From contig AP026141.1 in assembly GCA_030295235.1 (NCBI GenBank), positions 372,001-436,000 on the forward strand: a stretch of 64,000 nt of DNA, given 5' to 3'. Source of the DNA: Fistulifera solaris (taxonomy: Eukaryota). A model generated the notes under the pieces. The model was not told where the DNA came from. It worked only from the letters and a program-made list of their open reading frames with translations, and did not search any database. A program made the translations under genes and the position numbers. Below are positions 61,085-64,000 of this stretch, piece by piece (the stretch's first letter is position 1; every line of letters begins with the position of its first letter).

Positions 61085-63481
61085 ATGCTTCGAATAACGT
61101 TACGCAACAAAAGAGCCATCACCAGGTCGATTGCTGTTCTACCGTCAAATGACACTCCTTCTCGACATTTCAAATCTGTTACAATGCCCAGCGCTTCTTC
61201 CCCTGTACATTCATATAAATCTCCTTACTTGCTCCCTTGTCGTCACAAGAGCGTCTTTGTTTCAAAACATAATCAGTCATTAAATGTCACTGCTGAAGAC
61301 ATTATCAATCAAGTCAAATGGAATGTAGAGTCTTCTCCGAAATACCGAACGACCAACAACCATGTTATTTTAGAAGAGTGCCCGTTCTGCACGAAACCAA
61401 CAAAAGGAAAAGCCGAAAACACGTTCAAATTGTACATACAACTCGGAGGAGGCGCTTATTTCTGTCATCGATGCGGCCAAGGTGGCTCTTGGTTTGATTT
61501 CAAGGCCAAAACGTCGAAGGATCCACAAGTTGTGAAAAGTGCCAGCCAAACCATTTACAGTCCCAAGATGCACGCCTCTCAGCCGCTGCCCATGCCGTCA
61601 TCACGACTGCAAGCTCTCTACAATAGCCAGCTTCTCGATCAACCCGACAATGATGTATTGAGATATCTGACCGAAACGCGGGGATTGACCGTCAAGACTC
61701 TGCGAAAGTACGGAATCGGCCGAGCGAAGTACTCCTTCAACAACGACGGCGCGTGGGAACCTGTCGAGTGCGTAACGTTTCCTTGGATTATGAAAGCATC
61801 GGATGTATCCTTTCAGGAGGAACTACGCGGCGTCAAACATCCGGTCGAAGATCCCAATTCGTTTTTGACGCGTCGCATTAAAGTCAGAGCCTTGGAGAAC
61901 AAAGCTTGGCAGCGCTTGGATCCTGCGGGCGGTGGATGGGGTTTCTTTGGGTATCACACACTTGACGGAGCGGACAAGAGTCAACCGATTGTGGTAACGG
62001 AAGGAGAATACGATGCCATGGCCGTCTGGCAAGCCACCGGCATTCCCGCGATTAGTTTGCCGAATGGATGCCGGTCTCTGCCCGTGGAAGTGCTGCCCTT
62101 ATTAGAAGATTATGAAAAGATATACCTATGGATGGACAACGACGGACCGGGACAAGAAGGTGCTCGTGTTTTCTCACAAAAGATTGGTCTCGGAAGGTGT
62201 TTCATGGTGCAGCCGACTCTGGAAAGCACGGGTTGCCTCGAATTCGCGGATTTACCAAAAGACGCGAACGATGCACTATTGCAAGGCCATGACTTGAAAC
62301 GCATCATCATGGAAGCGAAACCAGTACCTCATGAGCAGGTTTTGTCATTCAGCGATTTGCAGGACAGCGTATTGCACGAGATACTGCACCCCGAAAAGTA
62401 CGAAGGAACGAAGTTACCTAGCTTGCCGAAATTCTCTGCAGTCGTGAAAGGTTTAAGAAGAGGTACGTTTACTTCACTGTTGTTTCTACTATTCATGTGC
62501 TTCTGCTTTGACACTTACAAATCGCCTTTTGGTATCTTCTCGTTACAGGTGAACTTACCGTTGTGACTGGGCCCACGGGATCCGGAAAAACTACTTTTCT
62601 AGGTACGCGTTGATAGTTTCCTGCCTTCTTTAAATCGTAAAGTTATCCTCACTAGCTGCACGACAGGTCAAATGTCGCTGGACTTGGCCGAACAAGGTGT
62701 AAATGTTCTTTGGGGCAGCTTTGAAGTGCGAAACACAAGACTCATTCACAAATTGCTGCAGCAGTTCGCTCGACAACCCTTACCGAGAGGCGATCCTTCC
62801 TCCGCGGATAAGCTGAAAGATATAGCCAAGCGCTTTGGGGAGCTCCCCTTGCACTTTCTCAAATTCCATGGGGCGTCCGAGCTCGAAGAAGTGCTGGATG
62901 CCATGGAATATGCTGTTTACGTCCATGACTGCGAACATATCGGTAAGCTTCAGACAAAGTCTTGCTTTCTCTTGTCACATTCCACTCACACAACATGCAC
63001 TATTTTTTTTGTAGTCCTGGACAACCTCCAATTCATGATTTCACGACAAAACCTTGCATCGCGCAGCGGGAACTCTAATTTCGACAAATTCGATGCCCAA
63101 GACATTGCGATTGAGAAGTTTCGCAAGTTCGCCACCGAACGAAACGTTCACCTGTCGCTGGTGGTCCACCCACGCAAGGAAGACGAGTCGGCCCGACTCG
63201 GCATTTCCTCCATCTACGGCAGCGCGAAAGCGACACAGGAAGCCGACAATGTACTAATATTACAAAAAGACAATCAAAAGAAGTATCTCGATGTCCGCAA
63301 GAATCGCTTTTCCGGCGATTTGGGCGCCACCGAAATTTTCTTTGATCGCGCGACGAACCGCTATAGGGAAGCGCCCACCAATCACGTCGTAACGCCCAAA
63401 ATCACGAACAAAGCTCCTATCGCATCAATTGAAGATCACTGGGACAAGTATTTCTCGTCGCACCTCACCGAAAACAGCTGA
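61085..63481 (+). CDS. TWNK: Twinkle-like organellar primase-helicase (T7 gp4 family)
   Basis: Basic presequence; Zn motif CPFC...CHRC; Toprim VTEGEYDAM and WMDNDGPG, KDANDAL; Walker A GPTGSGKTT; LDNLQFM, LVVHPRK, GSAKATQEADNV, KNRFSG. Introns 62463-62548, 62603-62666, about 62943-63014. Confidence 0.95.
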
Positions 63482-63550
63482 GTCAACACAATTGCTCTAT
63501 TCATATACTCTTTAGATGATTCTCTTTTGCCATGTGCTAGCTTACAATTT

Positions 63551-64000
63551 CTATTTGTGCTCCTCAATTAATTCCTGTAACTTTGTAGGATTCGCCCCCA
63601 TCATTCGATCGACTATCTCTCCTCCTTTGATGAACAGAAATGTAGGCATGGCAGATACTAAAGGATAGAAAGAAATAATAGAGTGAGATGCAATTGTCCG
63701 AGAAATCAAGTTTCCAAAAGATGGACTTACCATTGTACTTTGCAGCCGCTGTAATGATTCGACAGAGGCAACAATTCGAGAAATAAGATGAGAAAATACA
63801 AAGAACGACCCTGATGTGTGTCATCAACACTTACTATCCGGATTCTCGTCAACATCTACTTTCAAGAATACAACATCATCGAAGGAATCCGACAATTCAT
63901 GAAACTGGAAAAAACGACGTGAGCTGCCTGTCGTAGAAGGACGCGCAATACACAAAAGATACGTACCACCGGAGAAATCATTTTGCAAGGTCCACACCTG
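63551..64000 (-). CDS. Thioredoxin (3' exons; 5' end beyond window)
   Basis: (W)CGPCKMISPV at 63967-63997, then VVFLKVDVDENPD and AMPTFLFIKGGEIVDRMMGAN in later exons. Confidence 0.9.

Overview
Gene-dense eukaryotic nuclear DNA, most likely from a diatom. Evidence: short GT-AG introns, small intergenic gaps, and signal-peptide/ASAF-type bipartite plastid presequences on an LHC-like and a Psb34-like protein. About 27 protein-coding loci can be read. They include an Eaf6-like gene running off the left edge, a UAA nucleotide-sugar transporter, two type-II membrane methyltransferases (one fused to a glycosyltransferase), three clustered ELOVL6-type elongases, XRN, proteasome beta5, APRT, a DHHC PAT, a giant Uso1/p115, exportin-T, an HMG-box factor, Twinkle and thioredoxin. 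About 20 single-base frameshifts split genes; almost all sit in homopolymer runs and go in both directions, so they are most likely long-read assembly errors. No tRNA, rRNA, transposon or CRISPR was recognised. Best leads: (1) a methyltransferase-glycosyltransferase fusion beside a second secretory-pathway methyltransferase; (2) a possible XRN-proteasome beta5 fusion, or a signal-peptide-bearing beta5; (3) a STRA6-like membrane protein with its own EF-hand-like N-terminus; (4) a pore-less KCNH/CNG-type voltage-sensor protein; (5) a candidate plastid beta-barrel; (6) hierarchical 588-bp repeats in Uso1. All family calls come from motif recognition by eye, not database searches. Splice and frameshift positions are manual and approximate.
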